Shown here piece after piece: positions 9,349-18,781 of a stretch of DNA of 64,000 bases (position 1 is its first letter; each line of letters opens with the position of its first letter). Position numbers and translations under genes: made by a program. Below the pieces are notes generated by a model. The model saw nothing but the letters and a program-made list of their open reading frames with translations. It made no database searches and was not told the DNA's origin. The DNA lies in the NCBI GenBank assembly GCA_045546575.1, contig JAZQDC010000013.1, forward strand, positions 50,256 to 114,255, read 5' to 3'. The DNA is from Lachnospiraceae bacterium. GTDB lineage: Bacteria; Bacillota; Clostridia; Lachnospirales; Lachnospiraceae.

Positions 9349-9630
9349 ATGAGTGTATTAATTATCGGGGGAAATGATTGCATGGTGCGTCAGTATAAGA
9401 ATCTCTGTGAGGAGTACAAATGTCGCGCCAAAGTATTTACGCAGATGAAGAGTGGACTTCGAAATCAGATCGGAAGTCCTGACTTGCTTGTGTTATTCAC
9501 AAGCACCATGTCTCATAAAATGGTGCGTTGTGCCTTGAGCGAAGTGAAAGGACAGGATACGGTAATTGTACGGTCCCATTCCAGTTCCATGGCGGCGTTG
9601 AAGAGCATTTTGGATGAGCACGTAGCATAA
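9349..9630 (+). CDS. DUF2325-family small protein
   Basis: RBS AGGAGGA then the ATG at 9349. Sequence VLIIGGNDCMVRQYKNLCEEYKC...LLVLFTSTMSHKMVRCA is characteristic of DUF2325. Confidence 0.6.
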   Translation: MSVLIIGGNDCMVRQYKNLCEEYKCRAKVFTQMKSGLRNQIGSPDLLVLFTSTMSHKMVRCALSEVKGQDTVIVRSHSSSMAALKSILDEHVA

Positions 9631-9839
9631 TCGCAGCTTGTGTCGGGGACACTAAGAATACCGCGCTAACGCTCGGAAAGAGAGGATAGTGTGACGAATC
9701 ACACTGATGTGCTGATTCGTCGCACCGCAATTTGCGCCGGAGCGTCGCAAATTTGCACTATTATCCGACAACCGAAATCGCCTGCGCGAATTTCGCTTGC
9801 GGTTCCTCGCTAACGCTCGGAAAGAGAGGATGGTGTATC

Positions 9840-10391
9840 ATGCCGGAGGAATTGGTTATCAGACATTGCTCGCCTACGTTGGCGGGCCTCAAGACAGCAA
9901 ATATGTTCACGTGCCGATTCGCGTCCGCACAGGAGATGAACCGGGAGATTCGTCTGTTGAACAAACGGCTGATTAGCAAGGGTTTGCGCGTGCTTCCGTT
10001 GCGATACCGTGAAGGCGTGGGGCTCATCTATATCTATCGTCCCAGTCGCTTGGAGCGTGATCTGCGGGACGATGGTGCAGAAGCGTTGCTGGCGCATTTC
10101 GGCTATCATGGTGCCAGTCCTATTCAGTGCGTGGCGGAGTTGATTCGGCGTCTGCAACAGAGCGGAGAATTCCCTCATGAAATCGGGTTGTTTCTCGGGT
10201 ATCCGCCGGAGGATGTGCGGGGATTTATCGAAAATCGTGCCGGCGGCAGCAAATGTGTGGGCAGTTGGAAGGTATACGGCGATGTGGAGAAGGCTAGAAA
10301 GACCTTCGCAAAGTACGAAAAATGCAGCCGCGTCTATTACGACCTGTGGTCTCAGGGCAGATCCATTGAACGACTGACGGTAGCGGTATAG
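9840..10391 (+). CDS. DUF3793-family protein
   Basis: MPEELVIRHCSPTLAGLKTANMF...FLGYPPEDVRGFIEN pattern; conserved Clostridial hypothetical family. Confidence 0.6.
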   Translation: MPEELVIRHCSPTLAGLKTANMFTCRFASAQEMNREIRLLNKRLISKGLRVLPLRYREGVGLIYIYRPSRLERDLRDDGAEALLAHFGYHGASPIQCVAELIRRLQQSGEFPHEIGLFLGYPPEDVRGFIENRAGGSKCVGSWKVYGDVEKARKTFAKYEKCSRVYYDLWSQGRSIERLTVAV

Positions 10392-10423
10392 GGGAGAGCA
10401 TCGTAAGTACCTGGGGGGTAATA

Positions 10424-10462
10424 AGAGGAGGCGTCATGCAACGTAGCACGGCGCCTCTTTGA
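10424..10462 (+). terminator. Terminator hairpin GAGGCG...CGCCTC followed by a T-run
   Basis: Stem-loop followed by TTTGATT after the DUF3793 gene. Confidence 0.5.
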
Positions 10463-10484
10463 TTATCTGCAGATGTTCAAGGTT

Positions 10485-11816
10485 TTATCCCTTCAGATAT
10501 CGTTTCAGTAGAAATGCACAGAAGTACGGAAATGTATAGACGTTGTCCGAAAAGCCAAGATTGCCGCCGGTTAATTTGATTCCATAGGAAATGTCGGGAT
10601 ATGCGGGGCTGTCAATGAGGGTGCGCAGAGATTTGGACCTTCCGTTGGTGGCCTTCACCTCCACGGGAATAAGGTGGGAAGCGGTGCGTAGGAAGAAATC
10701 TTCCTCCAGTGTGGAATCTTCGCGTTTGAAATAGTACAGGTGATAGCCACTTTTAACAAGTGCTTCGCCTACAATATTTTCATACAGTGCACCCTTGTAT
10801 ATTCCGAGATTCTTGCCGACCCGGAGATCGTCCTGTGCCTCCTCGTCCAGCATAGCCACCAAGAGACCGCTGTCTGCAAAGTAGAGCTTGTATTTGGACT
10901 CATCATAGTTTCCCTTCAGGGGAAGCTCGGGGTAGTTTAGGCAGTAGCAGATGTTGGTCATACCGGCATCGTTTAACCATTCGATGCATCCACGGTAATC
11001 CTTGAAGCGAGCACCGGGGGCAACTTTGGAAATCTGAAACTTCTTGTTGTCTTTGGCCAGCTGAGGCGGAATATGATTGAAGACGTTGAGAATTCGGGTT
11101 TGATCCATGCCTTCTGCGTACTTGCGAATGTCTTCCTTGTAATCCGCAAGGAGCTGACGTTGAGTTGCAAGTGAGCCTTCAAAGGTACCCTTGACGATAT
11201 ATTCACGCACTACGGCGGGCATGCCCCCCAGGATGCAATAGTCCATAAATAAGGAGGAGTACACCGACATCTCGGTTTCGCTGAAAGGAACTAACTGTTT
11301 CATATGTGCCAAAAGAGATTCGATGGCTTCCTCCGAATAGCCCTTGGCCCACAGGAATTCTTCAAAGTCCAGAGAGTACATGTCATAATCGGTCTTGTAA
11401 CCCACGCTGTTGCTTTCGATTCGCTGATAGCCCATTCCCAGCATGGAGCCACTGCAAATGACATCATATCGCCCGTCGATCTTGAAAAACTTAAGAGCAG
11501 TTGCAATCTCGGGAAACTCCTGCAACTCGTCGAAGAAGAACAACGTCTTCGACGGAACAAAATGCTTGGCGGGATCCAGAAGCGAAATGTTTCGCAAGAT
11601 TGCGTCCGGCGAAAACCCTTCCGAAGTAATTGTCTTGTACTTCGGTTCTTCCACAAAGTTGATATAGATAACATTGTCGTAGTTTTGTTCACCGAAACGG
11701 CGCAAGGATTCCGTCTTTCCGACTTGTCTGGGCCCTTTTACAATCAGGGGCTTGCGATCGGGGTCGGCCTTCCATTGAGACAAATACGTATCGATTTTTC
11801 GTTGCAGATATATCAT
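10485..11816 (-). CDS. AAA+ ATPase with DUF4143 (second paralog)
   Basis: Walker A KGPRQVGKTE. Same architecture as 321-1613. RBS GGAGGTG precedes the ATG at 11816. Confidence 0.85.
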   Translation of the reverse strand: MIYLQRKIDTYLSQWKADPDRKPLIVKGPRQVGKTESLRRFGEQNYDNVIYINFVEEPKYKTITSEGFSPDAILRNISLLDPAKHFVPSKTLFFFDELQEFPEIATALKFFKIDGRYDVICSGSMLGMGYQRIESNSVGYKTDYDMYSLDFEEFLWAKGYSEEAIESLLAHMKQLVPFSETEMSVYSSLFMDYCILGGMPAVVREYIVKGTFEGSLATQRQLLADYKEDIRKYAEGMDQTRILNVFNHIPPQLAKDNKKFQISKVAPGARFKDYRGCIEWLNDAGMTNICYCLNYPELPLKGNYDESKYKLYFADSGLLVAMLDEEAQDDLRVGKNLGIYKGALYENIVGEALVKSGYHLYYFKREDSTLEEDFFLRTASHLIPVEVKATNGRSKSLRTLIDSPAYPDISYGIKLTGGNLGFSDNVYTFPYFCAFLLKRYLKG

Positions 11817-11877
11817 ACAATCACCTCCGAGCATCTTCTGTATATAGTATATCTCCGAAATGCCCATAAATCAAGGG

Positions 11878-12005
11878 TTTTGCAAAAAAATGAGCGAGTT
11901 TTTCGCATGTGACTACAAAAAAATGAGCGAATTATGCGCCGTGTACTACAAAAAAATGAGCGAATTACCCGCCATATACTACAAAAAGATGAGCGAATCA
12001 ATCAC
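11878..12005. repeat. Four tandem copies of an about 33-bp unit (ACTACAAAAAAATGAGCGAATTA...)
   Basis: Unit starts at about 11882, 11915, 11948 and 11981. The 120-aa ORF called across it translates to a repeated YYKKMSE and is an artefact of the repeat. Confidence 0.8.
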
Positions 12006-12226
12006 TGCACCTGCTTATATTCTTCTACCCCCTTGTCTGATTTTATTCCTTTTGCATAGTTTTCCACAAAAAAGTTCCCGAAAAATTGGCGCCCTCCCAC
12101 CGAAAAGAGGATTGAAAATGCCCGTGCTTTATGCTAGTATTATTCTAGGTGTGTACGGTGTGATGAGCCGATGGCACAGAGTCCTCGTCCGGGACGAGAG
12201 ACTACATACTTTAGGAGGGTAATTTC

Positions 12227-14215
12227 ATGAGTAATTCGATTGACAACATGTCTGTAAATGCCATTCGTGTGTTGGCAGCAGACGCAATCCAGAAGGCTAA
12301 GTCCGGTCATCCGGGACTTCCCCTTGGTTCCGCAGCAGTTGCATATGAGCTGTGGGCAAAGCACATGAAGCACAATCCGGCCAATCCGGACTGGGCTGAC
12401 AGAGACCGTTTCATTTTGTCCGGTGGACATGGTTCTACCTTGCTTTATTCCTTGCTTCACTTGTTCGGCTACGGCTTGACCAAGGAGGATATGATGCAGT
12501 TCCGTCAGGATGGTTCTCTTACCCCGGGTCATCCGGAGTACCGTCATACCAAGGGCGTAGAGGCTACTACGGGACCTCTCGGCGCAGGTATGGGTATGGC
12601 TGTTGGTATGGCAATGGCTGAGGCTCATTTGGCTGCTAAGTTCAACAAGGAAGGCTATCCGGTAGTGGATCACTATACATACGTTCTCGGCGGCGACGGC
12701 TGTATGATGGAGGGTATCTCCTACGAGGCAATGTCCCTTGCGGGAACTTTGGGTCTGTCCAAGTTGATTGTTCTCTACGACAGCAATAAGATCAGTATCG
12801 AGGGTGATACCGATATTGCATTTACCGAGAATGTTCAGGCTCGTTTTGAGGCTATGGGCTTCCAGACTCTCGTAGTAGAGGATGGCAATGACCTTGACGA
12901 GATCGCTAAGGCGATCGAGGCTGCTAAGGCAGAGAAGACCAAGCCTTCCATGATTACCGTGAAGACGCAGATCGGCTACGGCTGCCCCGCTAAGCAGGGC
13001 AAGGCTTCCGCACATGGCGAACCGCTGGGTGAGGAAAATGTAGCTGCAATGAAGGAGAACCTTGGCTGGCCCAGTCAGGAGCCGTTCTTCGTACCTCAGG
13101 AAGTATACGATAACTATGCTGCAATCTCCGCTGCTAAGGCGAAGGATGAGGAAGCATGGAACGCAATGTTCGCTGAGTACTGCGCGAAGTATCCTGAGAT
13201 GAAGCAGGCTTGGGATGACGAGTTCAACATGGACATCGCAGTAGACCTTATTAACGACGAAGAGTACTGGGCATATGATGAGAAGGCAGACGCTACAAGA
13301 AACTTGAGCGGATGGGCTCTCAACAAGTTGAAGAACAAGGTTCCGAACTTGATCGGTGGTTCCGCTGACCTTGCTCCGTCCAACAAGTCCTACATGAAGG
13401 ATATGGGCGACTTCTCTAAGGCAGATTATACCGGACGTAACTTGCATTTCGGTGTACGTGAGTTCGCTATGGCAGCAATCAGCAACGGTATTACCCTTCA
13501 CGGACTCCGTGCATATTGCGCTACGTTCTTCGTATTCAGCGATTACGTAAAGCCTATGGCAAGACTTTCTGCATTGATGCAGATTCCTACCACTTTCGTA
13601 CTTACCCATGACAGTATCGGTGTTGGTGAGGATGGTCCTACCCACGAGCCTATTGAGCAGCTTGCAATGCTTCGTTCCCTTCCGAACTTCCATGTATTCC
13701 GTCCGGCAGACGCTACGGAGACTTTGGCAGCTTGGTACAGCGCAGTAACCAGCAAGACTACACCTACCGCTCTTGTACTTACCCGTCAGAACCTTCCTCA
13801 GTTGGCAGGTTCCTCTAAGGAGGCATTAAAGGGTGCTTACGTTATCGAGGATTCCGCTAAGGAGACTCCCGATGCAATCATTATTGCCAGTGGTTCCGAA
13901 GTATCCATTTCCTTGGATGCTAAGAAGACCTTGGCAGAGGAAGGCATTGACGTTCGCGTAGTCAGCGTACCTTGTATGGATCTCTTCGAGGAGCAGTCCG
14001 ATGAGTACAAGGAGAGCGTACTTCCCAAGAACGTTCGCGCACGTGTGGCTGTAGAAGCTCTCAGCGATTTCGGTTGGGCGAAGTATGTTGGTCTGGACGG
14101 CGGTTACGTTACCATGCACGGTTTCGGTGCCAGCGCTCCGGCTGCAACTCTCTTCAAGAAGTTCGGCATCACCGCAGAGAATGTAGTTGCTACGGTGAAG
14201 TCCGTACTCAAGTAA
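12227..14215 (+). CDS. tkt: Transketolase
   Basis: N-terminal ThDP motif AIRVLAADAIQKAKSGHPGLPLG...GGHGS; full-length 662 aa. Confidence 0.97.
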   Translation: MSNSIDNMSVNAIRVLAADAIQKAKSGHPGLPLGSAAVAYELWAKHMKHNPANPDWADRDRFILSGGHGSTLLYSLLHLFGYGLTKEDMMQFRQDGSLTPGHPEYRHTKGVEATTGPLGAGMGMAVGMAMAEAHLAAKFNKEGYPVVDHYTYVLGGDGCMMEGISYEAMSLAGTLGLSKLIVLYDSNKISIEGDTDIAFTENVQARFEAMGFQTLVVEDGNDLDEIAKAIEAAKAEKTKPSMITVKTQIGYGCPAKQGKASAHGEPLGEENVAAMKENLGWPSQEPFFVPQEVYDNYAAISAAKAKDEEAWNAMFAEYCAKYPEMKQAWDDEFNMDIAVDLINDEEYWAYDEKADATRNLSGWALNKLKNKVPNLIGGSADLAPSNKSYMKDMGDFSKADYTGRNLHFGVREFAMAAISNGITLHGLRAYCATFFVFSDYVKPMARLSALMQIPTTFVLTHDSIGVGEDGPTHEPIEQLAMLRSLPNFHVFRPADATETLAAWYSAVTSKTTPTALVLTRQNLPQLAGSSKEALKGAYVIEDSAKETPDAIIIASGSEVSISLDAKKTLAEEGIDVRVVSVPCMDLFEEQSDEYKESVLPKNVRARVAVEALSDFGWAKYVGLDGGYVTMHGFGASAPAATLFKKFGITAENVVATVKSVLK

Positions 14216-14267
14216 TTCACGAATATTTGACGGTGACCCGCAGATACTCTCTGTGGGAGCGCCTTAG

Positions 14268-14316
14268 GCGGCAGGGGGCTTCGGATGTTCCGGAGTCCCT
14301 GCGCTGTTTTATGGTA
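14268..14316 (+). terminator. Rho-independent terminator after tkt (GCAGGG...CCCTGC followed by a T-run)
   Basis: Stem-loop followed by GCTGTTTT. Confidence 0.55.
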
Positions 14317-14374
14317 TAGGCAGATGCGTCTTATACTAAGATTGTGATGCAGAGCATTTGGAGGAGAGGACGAG

Positions 14375-16069
14375 ATGAGAGATAAGTTTCGCAGAGGATT
14401 GATGGTGGCCATTGCCTGTGTGGCAATGACGGGACTTACGGGCTGTAGAGACGTGGTTTCGGAGCCAAATGAGGGAGATCTTGTGGCGCCTGTTCTGAAT
14501 ACTACGGCGCTTACGGAGGAGCAGAAGCTGTTGGAGACCGGCGTGTGTGTATCCGTATCTGCCACACTGCCTTCCCGCTGGGGATACCAGACCGGATTAG
14601 ACATTAACGGAATCGAGGTAGACGGATACTACCGTCAGGACGAGATTCATTTTGATAGCAATAAGTATACGGAGTTGGAGGGTATTATCACCTTCCGTGG
14701 CAACAATTATCGTACCGGCGCGTCTTACGGCGTGGCCACTATGAGCAAGTATGCTTTGTCTGAGGCGTGGAGCATTAAGACCGGTGAGCTGAAGAAGACC
14801 GTAAGCAAGGGTGAGTGGACCGGAAGCGGTTGGACGGGACAGCCCTTAATTGTACGTTGGGACGAGGACACGAAACAGGCCATGAACCTGTACGACTCCA
14901 AGAAGAACAAGAGCGACTTGGTGGAAGTCATCTACGCCACCATGGACGGCAATATATATTTTCTGGACTTGGAGGACGGTTCCGCAACTCGCGAGAAGAT
15001 CAGCCTGGGCTTCCCTATTAAGGGAACCGGCTCCTTGTATCCCGACGGAACGCCGCTGTATGTGGTGGGTGCCGGAGATGACATGGGGGATGACAGCGCC
15101 CGTCTCTTCTTCGTAGATCTCTTGCAGGGCAAGGTCATCTACGAATTTGGCTACGATGATGCATATGCACTTCGCGAAGACAACGGCAAGTTCTGTGCAT
15201 TTGACTCTTCTGCATTGTTCCATGCGGAGACAGACACCCTGATACAGCCCGGCGAAAACGGTATTCTCTACACTATGAGGCTGAATACCGAATACGACGG
15301 CAAGACACTGACCATTAACCCTTCTGAGGTTGTAAAGTGGCGCTATACAAATGACCGCGTCACCGACGGTGATCGTTGGCTCGGCGTGGAGTCCTCGGCG
15401 GTTATTTACGATCATTATTGGTACGCAAGTAACAACAGCGGTGAGTTGATGTGTATAGACCTTAACACCATGGAGCTGGTGTGGGTGCAGGATGTCAGCG
15501 ACGACAGCAACGGTTCTCCCGTACTGGATGTGGATACTTCCGACGGAACGGCGTACATTTATGTCAGTGCGTCTCTCCATTGGACCAAGGACAAGAAGGA
15601 CAAGGGCGAGGTGCCCATCTACAAGATTAACGCCGCAACCGGTGAGGTGGTGTGGAAGCGTACCTACGAGTGTAAGACTGTGGACGGCGTGTCCGGCGGT
15701 GTGCAGGCCACGGCGTGTCTGGGCGAGAACAATATCAGTGACCTTGTGTATTTTAATATTGCCAGAACCGGTGGTAAGAAGCACGGTAAGCTGGTGGCCA
15801 TCTATAAGGAGACCGGTGGCGAGGCTTGGAGCGTAGATCTGAAGTACTACAGCTGGTCCAGCCCCGTGGCGGTATACGATGCAGAGGGCGACGGATATAT
15901 TATCCTCTGTGATTCTGACGGCAATATGCACCTGCTGGACGGACGCACCGGTGTACTGAAGGACACCATTAATCTGGGCAAGAATGTGGAGGCTTCTCCG
16001 GCGGTATTTGAGAACACCATCGTGGTGGGAACCCGCGGCAAGAAGATCTTCGGAATTCATTTGGAATAA
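14375..16069 (+). CDS. Lipoprotein with PQQ-like beta-propeller repeats (BamB-like fold)
   Basis: Lipobox LTGC, then repeated beta-propeller blades (…YIYVSAS…, …GDGYIILCDSDGNMHLLDGRTG…). Confidence 0.75.
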   Translation: MRDKFRRGLMVAIACVAMTGLTGCRDVVSEPNEGDLVAPVLNTTALTEEQKLLETGVCVSVSATLPSRWGYQTGLDINGIEVDGYYRQDEIHFDSNKYTELEGIITFRGNNYRTGASYGVATMSKYALSEAWSIKTGELKKTVSKGEWTGSGWTGQPLIVRWDEDTKQAMNLYDSKKNKSDLVEVIYATMDGNIYFLDLEDGSATREKISLGFPIKGTGSLYPDGTPLYVVGAGDDMGDDSARLFFVDLLQGKVIYEFGYDDAYALREDNGKFCAFDSSALFHAETDTLIQPGENGILYTMRLNTEYDGKTLTINPSEVVKWRYTNDRVTDGDRWLGVESSAVIYDHYWYASNNSGELMCIDLNTMELVWVQDVSDDSNGSPVLDVDTSDGTAYIYVSASLHWTKDKKDKGEVPIYKINAATGEVVWKRTYECKTVDGVSGGVQATACLGENNISDLVYFNIARTGGKKHGKLVAIYKETGGEAWSVDLKYYSWSSPVAVYDAEGDGYIILCDSDGNMHLLDGRTGVLKDTINLGKNVEASPAVFENTIVVGTRGKKIFGIHLE

Positions 16070-16171
16070 TAATTTTCAAAAAATGCAAGCCATATTATTC
16101 GACTGTTTGGAGATATTATTAGTACGGTGTTCATGAGAACGGCGTGAATAATGATAAGGATGGTGAATGGT

Positions 16172-16324
16172 ATGGACAACAGCAACAACAAGGCTAAGAA
16201 CAATAACCAGAATAGTGCTAAGAATTGCGGCCGCAACAAGGCGCAGAACAGCAATCAGAACAAAGCACAGAACAACAATCAGAATAAGGCAGAGAATAAG
16301 AACCAGAACAACGGCATGTTCTAA
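16172..16324 (+). CDS. Possible small Asn/Gln/Lys-rich peptide (about 50 aa). Low-complexity; could be non-coding.
   Basis: Uninterrupted frame MDNSNNKAKNNNQNSAKNCGRNKAQNSNQNKAQNNNQNKAENKNQNNGMF. An in-frame ATG also occurs at 16151. Followed by a strong terminator. Confidence 0.25.
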   Translation: MDNSNNKAKNNNQNSAKNCGRNKAQNSNQNKAQNNNQNKAENKNQNNGMF

Positions 16325-16390
16325 TTAGTTTCGGTTCTGAAGCGAATGTTCGAGGATTCGCACCGATGCCGAGATAGGAAGTAAAATCAA

Positions 16391-16446
16391 TGTACCGCCA
16401 CAGAATCGTAACAACGTGTTGTGATTCTGTGGCGGTACATTTTCAC
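16391..16446. terminator. Strong bidirectional terminator (17-bp perfect stem TGTACCGCCACAGAATC / GATTCTGTGGCGGTACA)
   Basis: Sits between the small + ORF and the convergent Fe-ADH gene. T-run on the + side. Confidence 0.8.
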
Positions 16447-16479
16447 ACATAAAAGAGAGATGATTAAAAAGTGAATCTA

Positions 16480-17628
16480 CTAAATCAGGCTTTCGTACAG
16501 CGCGGTAATCTCTTCGACGCTGGTTTCTCTGGGGTTACCCGGACGGCAAGCGTCGTCGTACGCGGATTGTGCAAGGAACGGAATGTCCTCGCGTTTCACA
16601 ATGTCCTTCAAGTTGGCGGGAATACCGACATCAATGGACAGCTGCTGTACAGCGTCGATAGCGGCCTTGCGATATTCTTCCTGCGTCATGGAGTCTACTC
16701 CGGGCACGCCCATGGCACGGGCGATCTCGCGGTATTTGTCGCCGGTGGCAGGAGCGTTGTATTCCATAACCGTAGGAAGAATAATAGCATTGGCAACGCC
16801 GTGAGGAGTATCATAAAGTGCACCGAGGGGATGTGCCATGGAATGAACGATACCAAGTCCGACATTGGAGAAGCCCATGCCGGCCACGTACTGGCCAAGT
16901 GCCATATCCGCACGACCTTCCGGAGTGCCTTCTACGGCACCGCGCAGACTGCGTGCGATAATCTCAATTGCTTTCAAATGGAACATATCGGACAGCTCCC
17001 AAGCGCCGCCGGTAATGTAACCCTCAATGGCGTGTGTCAGAGCATCCATGCCGGTAGCGGCAGTCAAGCCCTTTGGCATGGTGGACATCATATCCGGGTC
17101 GATAAATGCAACCACAGGGATGTCATGAGGATCTACACATACCATCTTACGATTCTTCTCTACGTCGGTAATCACGTAGTTGATGGTAACCTCCGCAGCA
17201 GTACCTGCCGTTGTGGGTACGGCAAAGATCGGCACCGACTTATTCTTGGTGGGAGCAACACCTTCCAGACTGCGAACGTCCGCAAATTCCGGATTCGCCA
17301 CGATGATGCCGATAGCCTTAGCCGTATCCATGGAGGAACCACCGCCGATTGCGATTAAATAGTCCGCGCCGGCTGTCTTCCAAGCCTCTACGCCGGACTG
17401 CACATTTTCAATTGTGGGGTTGGGCTTGATATTGGAATAAATCTCATATGCAAGACCCGCTTCGTCCAACACATCCGTAACCTTCTTCGTTACTCCGAAA
17501 CGAATCAGATCCGGGTCAGAACAGATAAATGCTTTCGCAAATGCACGCCCCTTCGCCTCGGTAGCAATCTCCCGAATGGCACCGGCGCCGTGATAAGAAG
17601 TTTCATTTAACACAAAACGATTCGCCAT
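16480..17628 (-). CDS. Iron-containing alcohol dehydrogenase (lactaldehyde/1,3-propanediol reductase-like)
   Basis: MANRFVLNETSYHGAGA...GGGSSMDTAKA...; group III Fe-ADH motifs. Start assigned to MANRF. Confidence 0.9.
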   Translation of the reverse strand: MANRFVLNETSYHGAGAIREIATEAKGRAFAKAFICSDPDLIRFGVTKKVTDVLDEAGLAYEIYSNIKPNPTIENVQSGVEAWKTAGADYLIAIGGGSSMDTAKAIGIIVANPEFADVRSLEGVAPTKNKSVPIFAVPTTAGTAAEVTINYVITDVEKNRKMVCVDPHDIPVVAFIDPDMMSTMPKGLTAATGMDALTHAIEGYITGGAWELSDMFHLKAIEIIARSLRGAVEGTPEGRADMALGQYVAGMGFSNVGLGIVHSMAHPLGALYDTPHGVANAIILPTVMEYNAPATGDKYREIARAMGVPGVDSMTQEEYRKAAIDAVQQLSIDVGIPANLKDIVKREDIPFLAQSAYDDACRPGNPRETSVEEITALYESLI

Positions 17629-17917
17629 AATATATCCCCTTTCTATATACAAAAATATCTTCTAAATCTACTATAGCATCCCAAGGGCACTCATGCAAAT
17701 GTTTCTTCGCAATAAAAAATCGCACTTCCGCCAAAATGACGGAAAATGCGATAAAAGTGACGTAATTTATATGATTATTTGCTGATTTCGCAGTACAATA
17801 AAAAGACTGATGAATTTCGCGAACGATTAAAACACTTGCGCAAAACCCATTGACGGGGCATATAACATTGGTTATAATGTAGATGATAATACTTGTTATA
17901 TAGCAAGGAGGTGTGTT

Positions 17918-18781
17918 ATGCAGAAACTTGTGAAACATATAAGAGACTATCTGGGGCTGAGTCAAGCTGACTTTGCGGATAAGCTGGGTGTGACCTTTGC
18001 CACGGTGAATCGTTGGGAGAACGGTAGAGCCATTCCTACTAAGCTCGCGCAGGCGAAGCTGTACGACTATTGCACGGAACAGGGCGTTCCCGTCTATCAG
18101 TTCGTACTGGAGAAGATCGCAAATGAGGCTGCAAGTGTTAACCTAGAGGACGGACGGATTCTCCTGTACCACGGCTCCAAGTCCGGCCTCGTGGGGGACA
18201 TTGCCCCTAAGAGCCGGGAGATGTGCGACTTTGGCAAGGGTTTCTATATGGGTACCGAGCCGGGGCAGCCACTGACGCTAATCTGTGACTTTGAAAAGTC
18301 CAAGTTTTATATCGTGTCCATCAACATGAAGAGCCTCGACACCGTGGAGATTAAGGCCGATCTGGACTGGGCGATGCTGGTGGCCTTTCATAGAGGCAGA
18401 ATGGATAAGATCAAGGGCACTGCCTTCTACGAGAAGTACAGTCGTATCGATGCCGGTAAGGACCTGGTGATTGGAAGTATTGCCAACGACAGAATGTTCT
18501 ACGTGCTAGACAACTTCTTCATGGGGAATATTACGGATATGGCGCTTGTAAACAGCCTGTCTGCTCTGAAGCTAGGCAAGCAGTATGTGGCCACCACCGA
18601 GAAGGCTTGCGCCGCCGTTCGCATTGAACGGGAGATTCCTCTGTCCATGATGGAACGCCGGTTCCTACAGGACGAGAGCGACGCTAACCGTCAGAAGGGT
18701 ATTGCTCTTGCCAATGATATCTGCAAGAATTACCGCCGTGAAGGAAACTTCTTCGATGAGATTATGGATGAGGCGAGATGA
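17918..18781 (+). CDS. HTH_XRE domain fused to DUF3990
   Basis: N-terminal LSQADFADKLGVTFATVNRWENGRAIP (Cro/C1-type HTH). The remainder matches the DUF3990 pattern. Confidence 0.65.
   Translation: MQKLVKHIRDYLGLSQADFADKLGVTFATVNRWENGRAIPTKLAQAKLYDYCTEQGVPVYQFVLEKIANEAASVNLEDGRILLYHGSKSGLVGDIAPKSREMCDFGKGFYMGTEPGQPLTLICDFEKSKFYIVSINMKSLDTVEIKADLDWAMLVAFHRGRMDKIKGTAFYEKYSRIDAGKDLVIGSIANDRMFYVLDNFFMGNITDMALVNSLSALKLGKQYVATTEKACAAVRIEREIPLSMMERRFLQDESDANRQKGIALANDICKNYRREGNFFDEIMDEAR

Noticed and set aside
11860-12222. 120-aa ORF MPINQGFCKKMSEFFACDYKKMSELCAVYYKKMSE...
   Set aside because: Its repetitive translation is simply the 33-bp tandem repeat read in one frame. It has no RBS context.
12140-13693. 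517-aa ORF on the minus strand
   Set aside because: Entirely antisense to transketolase, which has unambiguous homology on the + strand. Its low-complexity Cys/His-rich translation is typical of a shadow ORF.
14846-16060. 404-aa minus-strand ORF
   Set aside because: Antisense to the lipoprotein gene, which has a clear lipobox signal peptide and beta-propeller repeats. No motifs of its own.
16471-17358. 295-aa plus-strand ORF
   Set aside because: Antisense shadow of the Fe-alcohol dehydrogenase gene.
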